From Raillietiella orientalis (lineage: Eukaryota), in contig JAYWIR010000005.1 in assembly GCA_036172245.1 (NCBI GenBank), positions 3,472,001-3,536,000 of the forward strand: a stretch of DNA of 64,000 bases, given 5' to 3'. The notes under the pieces were generated by a model. The model had not been told where the DNA came from. It ran no database searches and saw nothing but the letters and a program-made list of their open reading frames with translations. The translations under genes and the position numbers were made by a program. How positions within the stretch are numbered: position 1 is the first letter of the stretch; every line of letters begins with the position of its first letter. Below are positions 25,401-37,300 of the stretch, one piece after another.

Positions 25401-25560
25401 GGATAATCGACCAACGTCCGCGTGCCTGGAGTAGGAGCGGGCCTGCAGAAAATCCCTGCTGTTGGCTACACCCTCTCCGAAGCCGCGCGGAAGCTGGTGC
25501 AAGGGAAACCGGCAGCAAAACTCGCGGACCGATCTTTTCACATCGTCCCAGTCGGCGAGC
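22458..25560 (-). mobile_element. Element A': A-type LINE, ORF2 (RT to C-terminus) with stops, plus 3' UTR
   Basis: ORFs 24786-25541, 23838-24779 (YADD), 23358-23837 and 22794-23288 are collinear with A ORF2. Terminal hairpin at 22458-22487. Confidence 0.92.
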
Positions 25561-26821
25561 GAGAGCGGACGGGTTTTTGTTTCGCTCGTGAGCGTTTGTG
25601 GTTTTATTTTTTCTTTTTTTTTCTTGGTGTATCAGTAAATTTTGTGGCAGCAATGCCTGGGACCACCACCAGTGATAAGGAGGGGGCGACGTCTATGTCG
25701 CCCCCTGAATCAATGGATGTGGGGGCAACCGCCCCCACAGAAGCGTCTCCCTCGTTATTGAAAAGCTGGAGTTCCGTGGCTGCGGCGCCAAATAAGCGGC
25801 TGCGGCTGAGTTGAAAGCCTACCTGGAGAAGGGGTACGATCACCCTCTACTCTACAAGGTAGGCAACCTTTACTCCTTTAAGAGTGCACGCGCTTTCTCG
25901 AAAGCGATGCACTCTCTCAAAGTTCCACAGGAGGAGCTCCTGGCGATGACCATCAGGAGCGGTGGACAGTACGTGTAAGTGATTTGCAAAGAAGCAAGTC
26001 TTGCCCAGCGTCTGCTCAGTACATTTGTTCCTTTGAGGAATCGCCGGCTCCTCTCCATCACGGACGGTAGGTCCATCGTGATCCACCTCCTCTGAATCAC
26101 ATTTCGGATGGTCAAAGAGGCTGTCTGAAAGGAATTGCTAAAATTTGGCACCGTCCACGCGTCATGAAAAAAGCCGACTCCGTTTTAAGAATACGGCCGA
26201 CTCGCATGTGGTCTGGTTGCTGCCCGAGTCACAGTCCGCGAGAATTGCTCCTTACCTAACAAGCTGGAAGTCGACGGCGAGTCCGTTGACATTTGGTATG
26301 TTGGGTAGTCGCATTTCTGCGGGCATTCCAGCACTTCGGGTTACCTGAAAAATAGGTGCCCTTACTTGCAGTGCAAGCAATGCAACCAACCCGGGCACAC
26401 TCTTTCGGTGTGCCCGCAAAATGAAATCCGCGTCGCGTCCGCACGGAATGCGAAGAAGCGCGCTGCCAAAAAACTAAGAATTCAGGCAGCCCGAGAGAGA
26501 GCCGCCGCTAAAAAGACAACTATCGTGCCCCAGGTGAAGGTCAGCTCCGAGATCCCAGGAAACTCGGACAAGGTCGAGGAGAACGGTCAGGAACCTGGAT
26601 GGCAGGTAGTATAATCCAAGAGGCAGAAAAGCCTCAAGGAACCAAAAAAAAATGTCGCGAAACGCAGCGAGAATTTGCCGCGTCGCGAAAAGATCAAACG
26701 CTGCTCTGTCGTCATCAAGCGCATTTCTGCGGTCGAACAGAGCGGCAAAGTTGCACTCGTCGCTGCCGACTCTCAGCCCTCCGGCAAATTAATGCCGGAG
26801 GCTATCGACCCGGCGGTGGCG
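25561..26821 (+). mobile_element. Element F: 5' end and degraded ORF1 of a B-type LINE
   Basis: Starts gagagcggacggg. MPGTTTSDKEG...AYLEKGY..LYKVGNLYS and CKQCNQPGHTLSVC knuckle. Many stops. Confidence 0.85.
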
Positions 26822-28380
26822 TCCGCTTTTTTTGGAGATTTTTCTTTCCTCCTCTCCACAACCTTCCATTCGCCTTCGCGATTTTCGGAGGCTTCCGCGA
26901 CAGTAGTTGCGGAAACCTCCGGGATTTTCGCTGCGTTCTCTGGGGGCGTTGCTTTCGCTACGCCTTTAAAAGGCGGCAACGGAGTCACCTTCTTGACAGT
27001 CGGGAGATTGCTCCTCTCCTGCCGAGTCGGCGATGGGGCGACTGCATGCAGCGTGCTTTTGGTCGTTGCGACGCTGCTTTTTACGGCTTTCGTAGCCTTT
27101 GCAGTGGGGCCTGCGCTGCAGTGGGGCTGTCCGGAACTCGGAAGGGACAACGGAACGGGGCAAGAAGTCTTCGCACTGTTGCGATCTTCCTGTTTTCCTA
27201 CCTTTTTCTCCAGGGTGTTACGGAGATTTCCTGGTTCCAGGTTCGGAAAGGTGCCCGCGAGTTCGGCAGAGAGGGAAGGCACGGCACGCGTCAAACCCTC
27301 GCCCCCCTTTTTAATTGGCTTTCCCGCCGTGACTTTCCCCTTTCGGGGCGTTGCGGGCGGGGATGCTTTCTTTTTATCCGCGGATCGCTCGTGGTTTTTT
27401 TCGAGTTTTTGCGGACGACGTTTTTTATTTGCCGCTGCGGCTTTTCGTGCAGTGGTCTCTTGAACCCGACGAATTTCCGCTGCGGCTCTTTTTCTTGCAA
27501 GTACCGGGCACTTTTTGATTTCGTGCCCGGAATCTTTGCAATAGCGGCATCTTGGAGAGGGGCACTTTTTAATTCGGTGCCCCTCCTTGCCGCACTGCTC
27601 GTACGCGCGAGTCTGGCCTATGAACCACAGGTGAACGACCGTGGCGTTCATTTGCAACTGCTCAGGCACAACACGTCTGTTCGCGACGGTGATCCGCGCG
27701 GAGGCTTGTCCAATGTGGACAGAGGGTAAATCCTTTAGAGGATTTGGCCTCCTCCACAGAGGGTGCACGGTGGCGAACTTCTCCTGCACACTTACGACAT
27801 CGCGGTCGGAGATTTCTGGTTCGATGTCGCACAATTGAACGACAAAAGAGTCGTCCATCGCGGTAGGAAGGACTTCCTCGCCATTGATTTTCAACGGCGT
27901 ACGGAGAAGGCGCTGCACAAGTGCTGCGTTCTTGCACCGAATCTTCGTATATTCCATCCTGCCAGCAGGCATTATGGTAAGGAGTTCCTCCTCTCGAACG
28001 CCTATCCGGACGAGCTGATCATTGAGCTCATGACCGATTCTCCCGTTAAGTGGCCCACTGACCTTATAACGGAGTGCAGGCATGTATCCTGATGACACAT
28101 ATGCCTGGAACTCCGCATCGCAGGGTCCTGGTCTTTGGGAGGTAACGACGGCGTAACTCCTCACCGGGGGCGAGGAAACCATTACGGAGGATGCGGCCAC
28201 TTCAAGTGCAGCTGAAGTGCATCCAGTGGCTTGCTCTTCCACACTATCCTGTGTACTGGCTATGTTGCACTATGCTACTTGGCAGATTGCACAGGAACAC
28301 ACAAGTGCGAGCAAAAACGCAGGAACAAAGTTGCCCGATCGTTGGCGCGGATAGACGCGGAAACACGTCTGCACTGTACG
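26822..28380 (-). mobile_element. Element A'': near-identical copy of the 5' end and ORF1 of A
   Basis: ORF 26773-28242 almost matches A ORF1. It has the same 5' end and the same junction with the host (cgtacagtgcagacgtg / agcccgggatat). Confidence 0.93.
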
Positions 28381-29117
28381 AGCCCGGGATATCGAACGGA
28401 TCTCCGGTGGGCGGCTGTTGTGGCGTTGCGGCACCGCGAAATCAAGCGGTGTCGCCTTCCTGCTTCGGCCAGCCATCGAGACCGCAATAAAGGACGTTCG
28501 GTTCGATGACGCAGGTCGCGTCGGTCAGCTGACTCTCAGCTGGTCCGACTCTATCGACCTGGTCGTCACCAACCTATACGCTCCTAGCGGAAACAACGTG
28601 TTGAGGGCGAAGGCAAGAAGGGAATTCTACCTTGCCCTGAGACGCGATTGGCTGACCGATGCAGGAGTTCGCAAAGCGCACCTGATCGCAGGTGATTTCA
28701 ACCTGCGCCTGCTTTCAGGTGCGCCGGATACACTGAACGACCGTGTCAACGAGTTGTGCGCAGAAATGAACACGCGCAACTTGTTGGCCGGGGACACGGC
28801 CATGGAAAGCAGCATCGATCACGTGTACCTTGATCAGCACCTATGCTCTTGGGTGGGCAGGCGCGGCAAGGTACCATCCGTGCTGTCGGACCATGGTCGG
28901 ATCATGTTCGAAGTGCGTCCGCGCGACAAGGGCCCCCACTCGTCAGCGTGGCGTCTGCCAGGGGACTGGCTGAAGTTTCCCGACGCGGCGGAGCACCTCC
29001 GCGCGTTTATTCGGAGCTTCAGAATTCAGACACTTCAGGACTGGGACCGCTTCAAGCGGTCGGTCCAGGAGTTCTGCGACCAGTTCCCCCTGCATCGCCT
29101 ACCTGCGGGATTTGGGG
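28381..29117 (+). mobile_element. Endonuclease segment near-identical to B 39973-40698
   Basis: WRCGTAKSSGVAFLL..NLYAP..IAGDFN..IDHVY..SDH. Confidence 0.92.
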
Positions 29118-32100
29118 TTGTCACCCGGGTACGCCCGGGACGTTTATTAAAAAAACTCTACAGAAACGTGGTACGAGGTTCCACTAATGGCCACACAACA
29201 CCGGACCTGCCGGGACGCCGGGACGCAGCTCGGCGTGACGCTCCTCGGCAGTGGAGGGGGATAGGGATCAAAACAAAATTAAAAATAAAAAAAAAGGAAA
29301 ACAAAAAAGAGTTTGGAGGGAGGGGAAGGGATCACAATCCACTGGGAGGAGGGCCAATCCTTCGCAGGATGCCCTCCAGGTCCATCTTCATGTTTCCCAG
29401 ATGGGGCCATCTCGCTGCTCTCCGCATGAAGCAGACCTCATACGGGATGACATCCCTCACGTTGGCATCCACTCCTCCGTCGCGAATGTCGCTCCATGCC
29501 GCCACGATGCCCCGGATGCAGCAAAGGGCTGCGAGGGCTGCGGCGGGCTGCAGGGCGTCTCGCACGAAGAGGGGCCGAAGAACGTCTCTTGGCGCGCTGC
29601 CCGTTGGGAGCCCGAAGGTCGTCCCGAACCGTTCCCACAGGGGTCGGAGGGCAGCACAGTCAACTAGTAGGTGGCGGAGCGATTCCCGCTCCCCACACCT
29701 GGCACACTCAGGCCTTACACTCCCCCGCGTCCAGTGGAAGCGGCGCGCGTTGCAGGGTAGACCCCAGTGCAACAGCAGCAGCGCCGACTCTTGCCACTTC
29801 AGGGGGAGAAGCCTGGATCCTATCAGTATTGGGGGAAACTTTAGGTCATCCGTCGGGATGATGAGCAGCTCGCCCCATCGACGAAGTCCACGAGGGAGGG
29901 CACTCGGGGTCGTGGCATCCGCCAGTTCTCCCATGGTCCAGCCGCTCATCTTCTTCTCCTTGCCTGCGATTCGGCAGGAGACTTGCCACTTTGGCTTGCG
30001 GCCGCTGGTTAAAGCCCTCCGGAGGAAGGGCAGGGTCGAAGCTAGAGGGGTGGTCTCCGCCCACGTGCTCCTGACGGGACACTCCAGAGTAGTCCGCAGT
30101 GTGCAGCGGGCGTTGGGGCCGAATCGCAGGCGGTTCCAGTCCGGGGAAGTCTCGAGGTTCAGCTTGGCCCACGTCGCAACTGATTCCTCCAGCCAGGCGG
30201 AGGAGTTGGCGGGGCTGCATACCGTCCAGCCGTTGTCTCTGACCAGGGCTTCCATGCGCCCAAGAAAAGGCCACATCTTCTCACCTTCCTGCCGGAGCAC
30301 AGAAGGTACGACGCGAGTCCTTGCGTCCTGCACACACGGCTGGCGAGGATTCGGGCCGGAACCCACCAAGGGGTGCTCCATGACTTTGCTGCGATGGCGA
30401 GGGTGCGCCATCGCAGCTGTATTTCCAGGCGCTTTAGCGTCAGGAGGCCAAGACCGCCGTCCCGACGAGGAGCGCATAAATCATCCAGAGGCACACGTGG
30501 CCTCCCGCTGCCCCAGAGGGAGATGCGGAGTAGGTCTTTTGTCCTCTTTTTGATGTCACGGGGGACGGGGCACACAAAAAGCAGGGGGCGGAGGATGGGA
30601 GCCGCGAAGGCGTTCCACACCGCGGCCCGTTCCGGCAGAAGGAACTTGCCTTCCAGGAACGGGCCGATTGCCAACTCTACCTTCTGGAGACGACCTGACC
30701 AGGCTTCTGCGAGGCAGAAGTCCCCCAACGGGACACCCAGGTACTTCAGGTACCTGGCCGTGGGAATCCCCAAGCGGATCCAGTCAGGCCGTCCGACCCA
30801 CGTCGCACCCACCGGTACTACCGACGACTTCGCCTTGTTTACCCGCAGTCCAGTCCCACGACTTAGCAGGTCGAAGAAATCCTCGACTGCGGCTGCCGGG
30901 CGGACATGGGCAACATGAGCAGAAGATCGTCGGCGTATGCTGCAACGGCGGGCGTGCCGGGGCACGAGCTGGGCAGGGCAGCCAAAGTCACCCTGTACGC
31001 TCTCAGCACCAACTCAAAGTAGGTGCTGAAGAGCAGGGGGCTGAGGCTATCTCTCTGCCTTATACCCCACCGCACCGGCACGCCATGCACCTTGTGACCG
31101 CTGAAAGAGACGGTAATTATCGCATTCCGCCAGCACGAGCGCAGGTAGGAAATCAGGGAGGGTAGAAAGCCCATGCGACACAGGAGCTCCAAGAGGAGTT
31201 CCTGGTCTACACAGTCGAACGCCTTGTGGAGGTCGACTGCGAGCGCTAAGGCCCCCTTTTCCGCCCGGGGGTCCCTTCATAGCCCGGCTGGCGGCCTCAA
31301 TGTGGAGTTCCCAACTTTCCCTATCCCTTTCTTTTCTCTTCTCTGCAGGTGCACCCATGTGCTTGCGAAGAAGAGGTTGGCATCCATACTTCGCCCGGGA
31401 ACAGCATAAGTCTGCTCCGGGATAATTACGGATTCTGCCACCTGCCCCAGACGCGAAGCCCATAGCCCTGCGATCAACTTGGCGTCCGTATTCACGATCG
31501 TGATCGGACGTCAGTTCTTAAAATTCCTGAGGTCTCCCACTTTCGGAAGGAGCCTCACTCTGGCTGACCGAAACGAGGCTGGAACATCGCCTTCGTCTCG
31601 GATCAGCCTAATCAACTTAAGCAGCAGGGGTGCCAGTTCTTTAGCGAAGCTCTGAAAGAACTCCGCGGGCAAGCCGTCTTCCCCTGGAGCTTTACGCCTC
31701 TTGAGCCTTTTGATACCGGCGGGAATTTCGCCGGTGGGAAAAGTCTCGTCGAGGCTTTTCATCTCCTCCTCTCCTATTGCCGGGGCGCCATCCGGAAGCA
31801 AGCGCCAAGAAACGTGTCGATCCGGGTGCTCCCTGGCGTAAAGGGAGGAATAAAAACTCTGCCCGAGATGCCGTACCGACGCTGGGTCGAACATTCCCGG
31901 CCCTGGTCGTCCAGCAAGCTGGCCGACCCGGATTGCCAGGCTTGGCGTTCAACCTCGGCGCGGTACTCGGCCAGGCGACAGACATTAGGGGTTCTCTCGT
32001 ACCTACGAGCCTGTAAATAGGCCCGATGGTTGCAAGCACCCTCGCCGAATCCGGGGGGCAGGCGGTCCAGGGGGAACTGCTCACAGAACTCGCGGACCGA

Positions 32101-34025
32101 TTCCTTAAAAAGGTCCCAGTCCTGGAGATTCCCTAGCGTCGAGCGGACGTGTCTTTTCGTTGCTCCTGAGTTTCATTTCCGTTGGTGCTTGTGCGTGGTG
32201 TGGGTGGAGGATTAGGCAGCGATGCCTGATACCACCACCGGTGAGGATCCAGGGGCGATGACCTCATTGCCCCCGGAGCAGATGGAGGTGGGGGCTCCCG
32301 CATCAGTGGTGGTGCCGCCAGCACTGATGCGCCTCCGGCCCTACCCAGGGCTTGGAACGCCGTGGCTGCGGCACCTCCGCCAGCGGCTTTGGCGGAAATG
32401 CGCGCTTACCTGGAGGAGGGGTATAACCCATCCCTTCTATATAAGGTAGGCGGTCTATATTCTCCCGAGAACGCGCGCGCCTTCTCACAGGCGATGCGCG
32501 TTCTCGGCGTACAGAAAGAGGAGCTTCTGGCTATGTCCGTCAGAAGCGGGGGTCAATTTGTGAAAGTTATCTGCAAGGAGGCAACTCTTGCGCAGAGACT
32601 TCTGCGAACCCCCATAATTATGGGCAGCCGGAGGCTTCTCCCAATTACTAAAGACCGGTCGGTGATCATTCACCTGACCGGTATCACGTTCCGGATGACG
32701 AAGGAGGCCGTCCGGAACGAATTCGAAAAATTCGCAACTGTCCACGCGCTGTGGGGTAAACCTACTCCTTTTGTCGATTACGACGGGGTGCTAGGCGGCC
32801 TGGGTGCAGCGCGAGTGACGGTTCGCGAGGGATGTGAGGTTCCCCACAAACTCATCGTCAACGGTGAATTCGTTGACGTGTGGTACGTGGGGAAACCCTA
32901 GTTTTGCGGCTGCTGCAGCAGGTTTGGTCACCTTAAAATGAGGTGTCCGAGCGTGCAGTGCTAGCAATGCAAACAAGCGGGGCACACCCGTCTGGTGTGC
33001 CCCTAAAACACAGTCCGCGTCGTGTCCGCGAAAAACGCGAAAAAGCGCGCGGCTAAAAAGAGGAAAAAGCTGGCAGGTCGTGCTGCTGCTAAGGAGGTCA
33101 CTTCCGCCACCAAGGCGAAGGCCAGCCCCGAGACTCCGGCGAAAAACGCCGAAAAGGTCGAGGGCGAGGGTCAAGAGCCAGGGTGGCAGAAGGCCGATCC
33201 CAAGAAAAACTCCCATAAGAAGGGAAAGAACGTGGCGAAACGGAGCGAAACCGCTCTGCGCCGCGAAAAAATTAAAAGCTGCTGCGTCGTTGTAGAGCAG
33301 ATTCCCGCCATCGACGAATGCGGCGCTAAAGAACTCGCTGCTGCCCCTGCTCAACCCTCCGTTGACAAAGTCAACAAGGAGGGGAGCGAGGCGGCGGCGT
33401 CCGTCATCGAGCCCACGCTCGATGACGTCGCCTTCGAGCGCGACGCGGAAGCTGACTGCCACGTTGCAGCCGGTTGCCCCCAAGGCTGGCAAGAAGGCCG
33501 TCAGGTGTCGGGCTTCCCCTCAGGAGTCGGCCACTTCCGACCCCGAGGTGAAGGCCGGAAACACAGCATCCATCTCCGCGGCACCCCGCAAAAAGGCAAG
33601 ACGAAAGTTCACAATGCCCCGGAAGATCGTCTCCCCCGCCGAAGGGGAAGAGATGGCTTCCGGTAGCGAGGGTGCCATGAGCGTTTGAAACTCCCGGGAC
33701 CCGTCGCCCGAGAGAATTCCACGCTCGGACACGGAGGGGATGGTGGAGATGGAGGCCGAACAGGTATCCCAGGCGCCTGAAGAGGCCTCCGTCCTCTTAC
33801 CGATGGACCTGTCCGACACCTGCCCCGCGGCAGGTGCCGCGACGCCACTTTCCCAGCCATAATGCCGGGAAAGGCCTCTCGCCGTCGACTTCTGATCGCC
33901 TGTTGGAACGTGAACGGGCTAAGCGACGACGGCAAGGGGCGTGACGTGGCCGCCACCCTGGCATCCTTCGACCTGGTGCTGCTGCAGGAGATCCACGTGA
34001 TCTCCGCAGATCAAGCCCGGGAGAT

Positions 34026-34055
34026 TTCTCACCCGGTCACGCCGGGGCGTTTATT
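34026..34055 (-). terminator. AATAAA followed by a CCCGG-N4/5-CCGGG hairpin forming the element 3' end; representative copy
   Basis: Found at about 12 element ends (14343, 15930, 17278, 18830, 21962, 22458, 29118, 34026, 43578, 43949, 53559, 61212); degenerate in the older copies. Confidence 0.75.
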
Positions 34056-34378
34056 CCATATAACATAACCAAAAAAAGCAATTATACAAAATAAACCAGT
34101 TGGGAACCAAACTCCCAACCGACGACTGAACAAGAATGAAGAGAATATTGCTGGCACGCAGGCCAGAGTAACAGTTTTGTGAACGGTGTGGGGGGGCAGG
34201 GAACACAAAGAAACCAAAATAAAATAAAAACAATGAATAAGGAGGACGGGATAAGGGTCTTTGGGATCGCTCTGGAAGACACGGGGATAAAAGCATGGGC
34301 ACCGGAAATTTTACCGAGCGAACGGGGACGGGGTATGGGTGGGCGAGAGGTCGCAGGGGTCACCGGATTACGCCGTTC

Positions 34379-37300
34379 TCAAATGTGTGTAAACCGGCGA
34401 TGTATGCCGGTGATGTCCTCATTCACCTTGTCACGAAGATGAGACCACCTTGAAGCCTTCTCCATGAATTGAGCTGCAAGCAGGTGAGCCTCCCTTCGCT
34501 GCGATGACAACTCCAGGGCGTAGCGGGCCTTCACGATGGCGCGAACGCAACACATGGTTGCGACAATCGCGCCAACCGAAAGTCCATTTCTGCTGAAGAA
34601 GCGCCGCAGCACATCAATGGCAGTGCCTCCTTGTGGCATGATGGCCGAAGTGAGCCTTCGCCACAGTTCCCGGAGGTTACCGCAGTCCAACAAAAGGTGC
34701 GGAAAAGACTCGATCTCTCCGCACCTTAAACAGTTTGGCAAAGCAGCTCCCCCGGAAACGATGCTTCGCTGCCTATTACAGTGAAATGCACAATGTAAAA
34801 AGAGCAGCACATCTTGTTTCCACTTAAGGGGGAACACGGAGCTCTCCAAACAAACGGGGGGAACCACTATCTCTCCGGGGGGCACACTTAAATGTTCGCT
34901 CCACCGAAGCAGTCCCTTCGCCCGATTCCGAGGTGTGGCGGCTTGCACCAGCTCCTTTGTCGTCCAGCTGCCGAGGAGCTTACTGACTCCCGCTATTTTG
35001 CAGGAGATCTTCCATTCCGCCGGTAGGCAACCGTCGTTGCTTGCCCTGAGGGCAGACAGCGCTGCGGCGAGTGGTGTGGCGGCCAGACGATCCGACAACT
35101 TCTTGTCCTGCATGACTTCGTCCATTTGATGACTGAGGAGAAGTCGCAGGCGTCGAAGATCTTCCGGGCGCGTTCCTTCGGAAGCTGCCCACGATGAAAA
35201 AGATTCCTGCCGCCATGCATTAATGTTCATGGGGCGGCAGAAGATCCAGCTTTGGGCTTCCAGCAGTGAGGACAGCTGCCTCAGCGGGAAGCCAAACCCT
35301 ATTCTGGTGTGCCGAAAGTGGGGTAGCAACGAAAGCAGTCCCTCGCTTCCCGTGCAGCGCCTCAGTATAAGGCGTGCGGGTAAGCACCACGGCGTACACC
35401 ACAGCTTGGCACAGAGCCGCAGCATGCGAAACTGCACCTGCAGTTCGATGCTGTTTAAGTCGAGGATGCCCAAGCCTGCATCCTGACGCGGCGCCACCAA
35501 GTCTCTAAGTCTAACACGGGATCTTGCAGCGCCCCACAACGCTTTGCGTAGAAGGCGCTGCGCCCAGACTTTGACTTCCTGGGGGGGTGGACAAACAAAA
35601 AACAGGGGGCGGAGGAGGGGGGCAACGAAGGTGTTCCAGATGCAGGCCCGTTCCGGCAAGACGAACTCGCCTCCTGAAAACGGGCTAAGTGCACGCTCTG
35701 CCTTCCGAAGGCAGTCCGACCACGCTTCTGAGACGCAGAAGTCGCCCAACGGCACGCCAAGGTACCGGAGGTACCTGCCCGTGGGGATCCCCAGGTCGAT
35801 CCAGTCGGACTGCCCCTCCCACGTCGCACCAACCGGAACAACCATACACTTACTCCTGTTAACGCTCACGCCCGCACCACGACGGATCAACTCAAAGAAA
35901 TCTTCAAGCGACGCTGTCGGGGTGGACATGGGCAACAGGAGAAGCAGGTCGTCGGCATAGGCTGCCACGGCGGGCGTACCTGGACAGGAGCTCGGCAGGT
36001 TGGCTAGCGTCAGCCTGTAAGCCTCCAGCACCAATTCGAAATAGATGCTGAAGAGCAGCGGGCTTAAGCTGTCACCCTGCCTAATTCCTCGTCGTACCGG
36101 CACGCCGTACACGCGACAGCCACTGAAAACAATGGATGTAATCGCGTGGCGCCAGCAGGAGCGCAAGTACGCCAACAGGGATGCCGGAAGACCCAGACGT
36201 TCCAAAAGCTCAAGAAGAAGCTTTTGGGTCACGCAATCGAAAGCTTTGTGCAGATCGACTGCAACCGCCAAGGCTCCCGGTGTCTCCCTTTGCGTCCCGC
36301 GCCTCCGTCGGTGAGAGATCGAAGGCGTCGCTTCCGCACGACGATCCACCGCCACACGATGCTGCAATTGCAGCCATGTGCGGATGAACAAGAGATTCGC
36401 GTCCAAGGACCGCCCTGGATCAGCGTACGTCTGCTCCGGACTTACCAAGGATTCCGCGATCCTACCCATCCGCGCCACCCAAAGTTTCGAGAACAACTTG
36501 ACGTCCGAATTCAATAATGTGATCGGACGCCAGTTGTTCAGTTGGCGCAAATCTCCGCCTTTCGGCAGTAGACGCACCTTCGCTGAGCGAAACGAGGCGG
36601 GGACATCGCGCGAGTCTCGCATCAGCGACGAGAGCTGGAGCACCAGAGGGATGAGCTCCGCCGCAAAACACTGAAAGAATTCCGCGGGGAGCCCATCTTC
36701 GCCTGGCGCTTTTCGTCTCTTGAGCCCCGAGATGGCCGAGGAAATTTCCTCTGCCGTGAAGGGCTCATCAAGACGCGCGCGTTCCTCCTCGTCTACAACA
36801 GGTGCATCAATCGGCAGAAGCAGCCGGGAGAGGCTGCGTTCCGTCGGTGCCTCTGCATACAGAGAAGAGTAATAGCGCCTGACTATCCGTCGCACGTCGG
36901 CTGGAGCCGAGCATTCCCGGTCCTGGTCGTCGAGCAGAACTGTCGCCCCTGACTGCCAGACCTGGCGCTCGGCCTTGGCCTTGTACTCGGATAATCGACC
37001 AACGTCCGCGCGCCTGGAAAAGGAGCGGGCCTGCAGAAAATCTCTGCTGTTGGCTACGCCCTCTCCGAAGCCGCGCGGAAGCTGGTGCAAGTGAAACCGG
37101 CAGCAGAACTCGCGGACCGATCTTTTCAGATCGTCCCAGTCCTCGAGCTCACTTATGGCAAAGCCGAGGAGGTACTGGCGAAGATGCTCAGCCGCCTCCG
37201 GGTGGCTTAGCCAGTCTGCCGGCATCCTCCAAAAACAGTTTGTAGGCCCCTTGCCTGGCGGGAGCAACTCGAACTCGAGCCTGTTGTGGTCTGAAAGCAC

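Noticed and set aside
28418..30553. 711-aa plus-strand ORF
   Set aside because: Chimeric read-through: an EN fragment runs into the antisense strand of element C's 3' end. Not a real gene.
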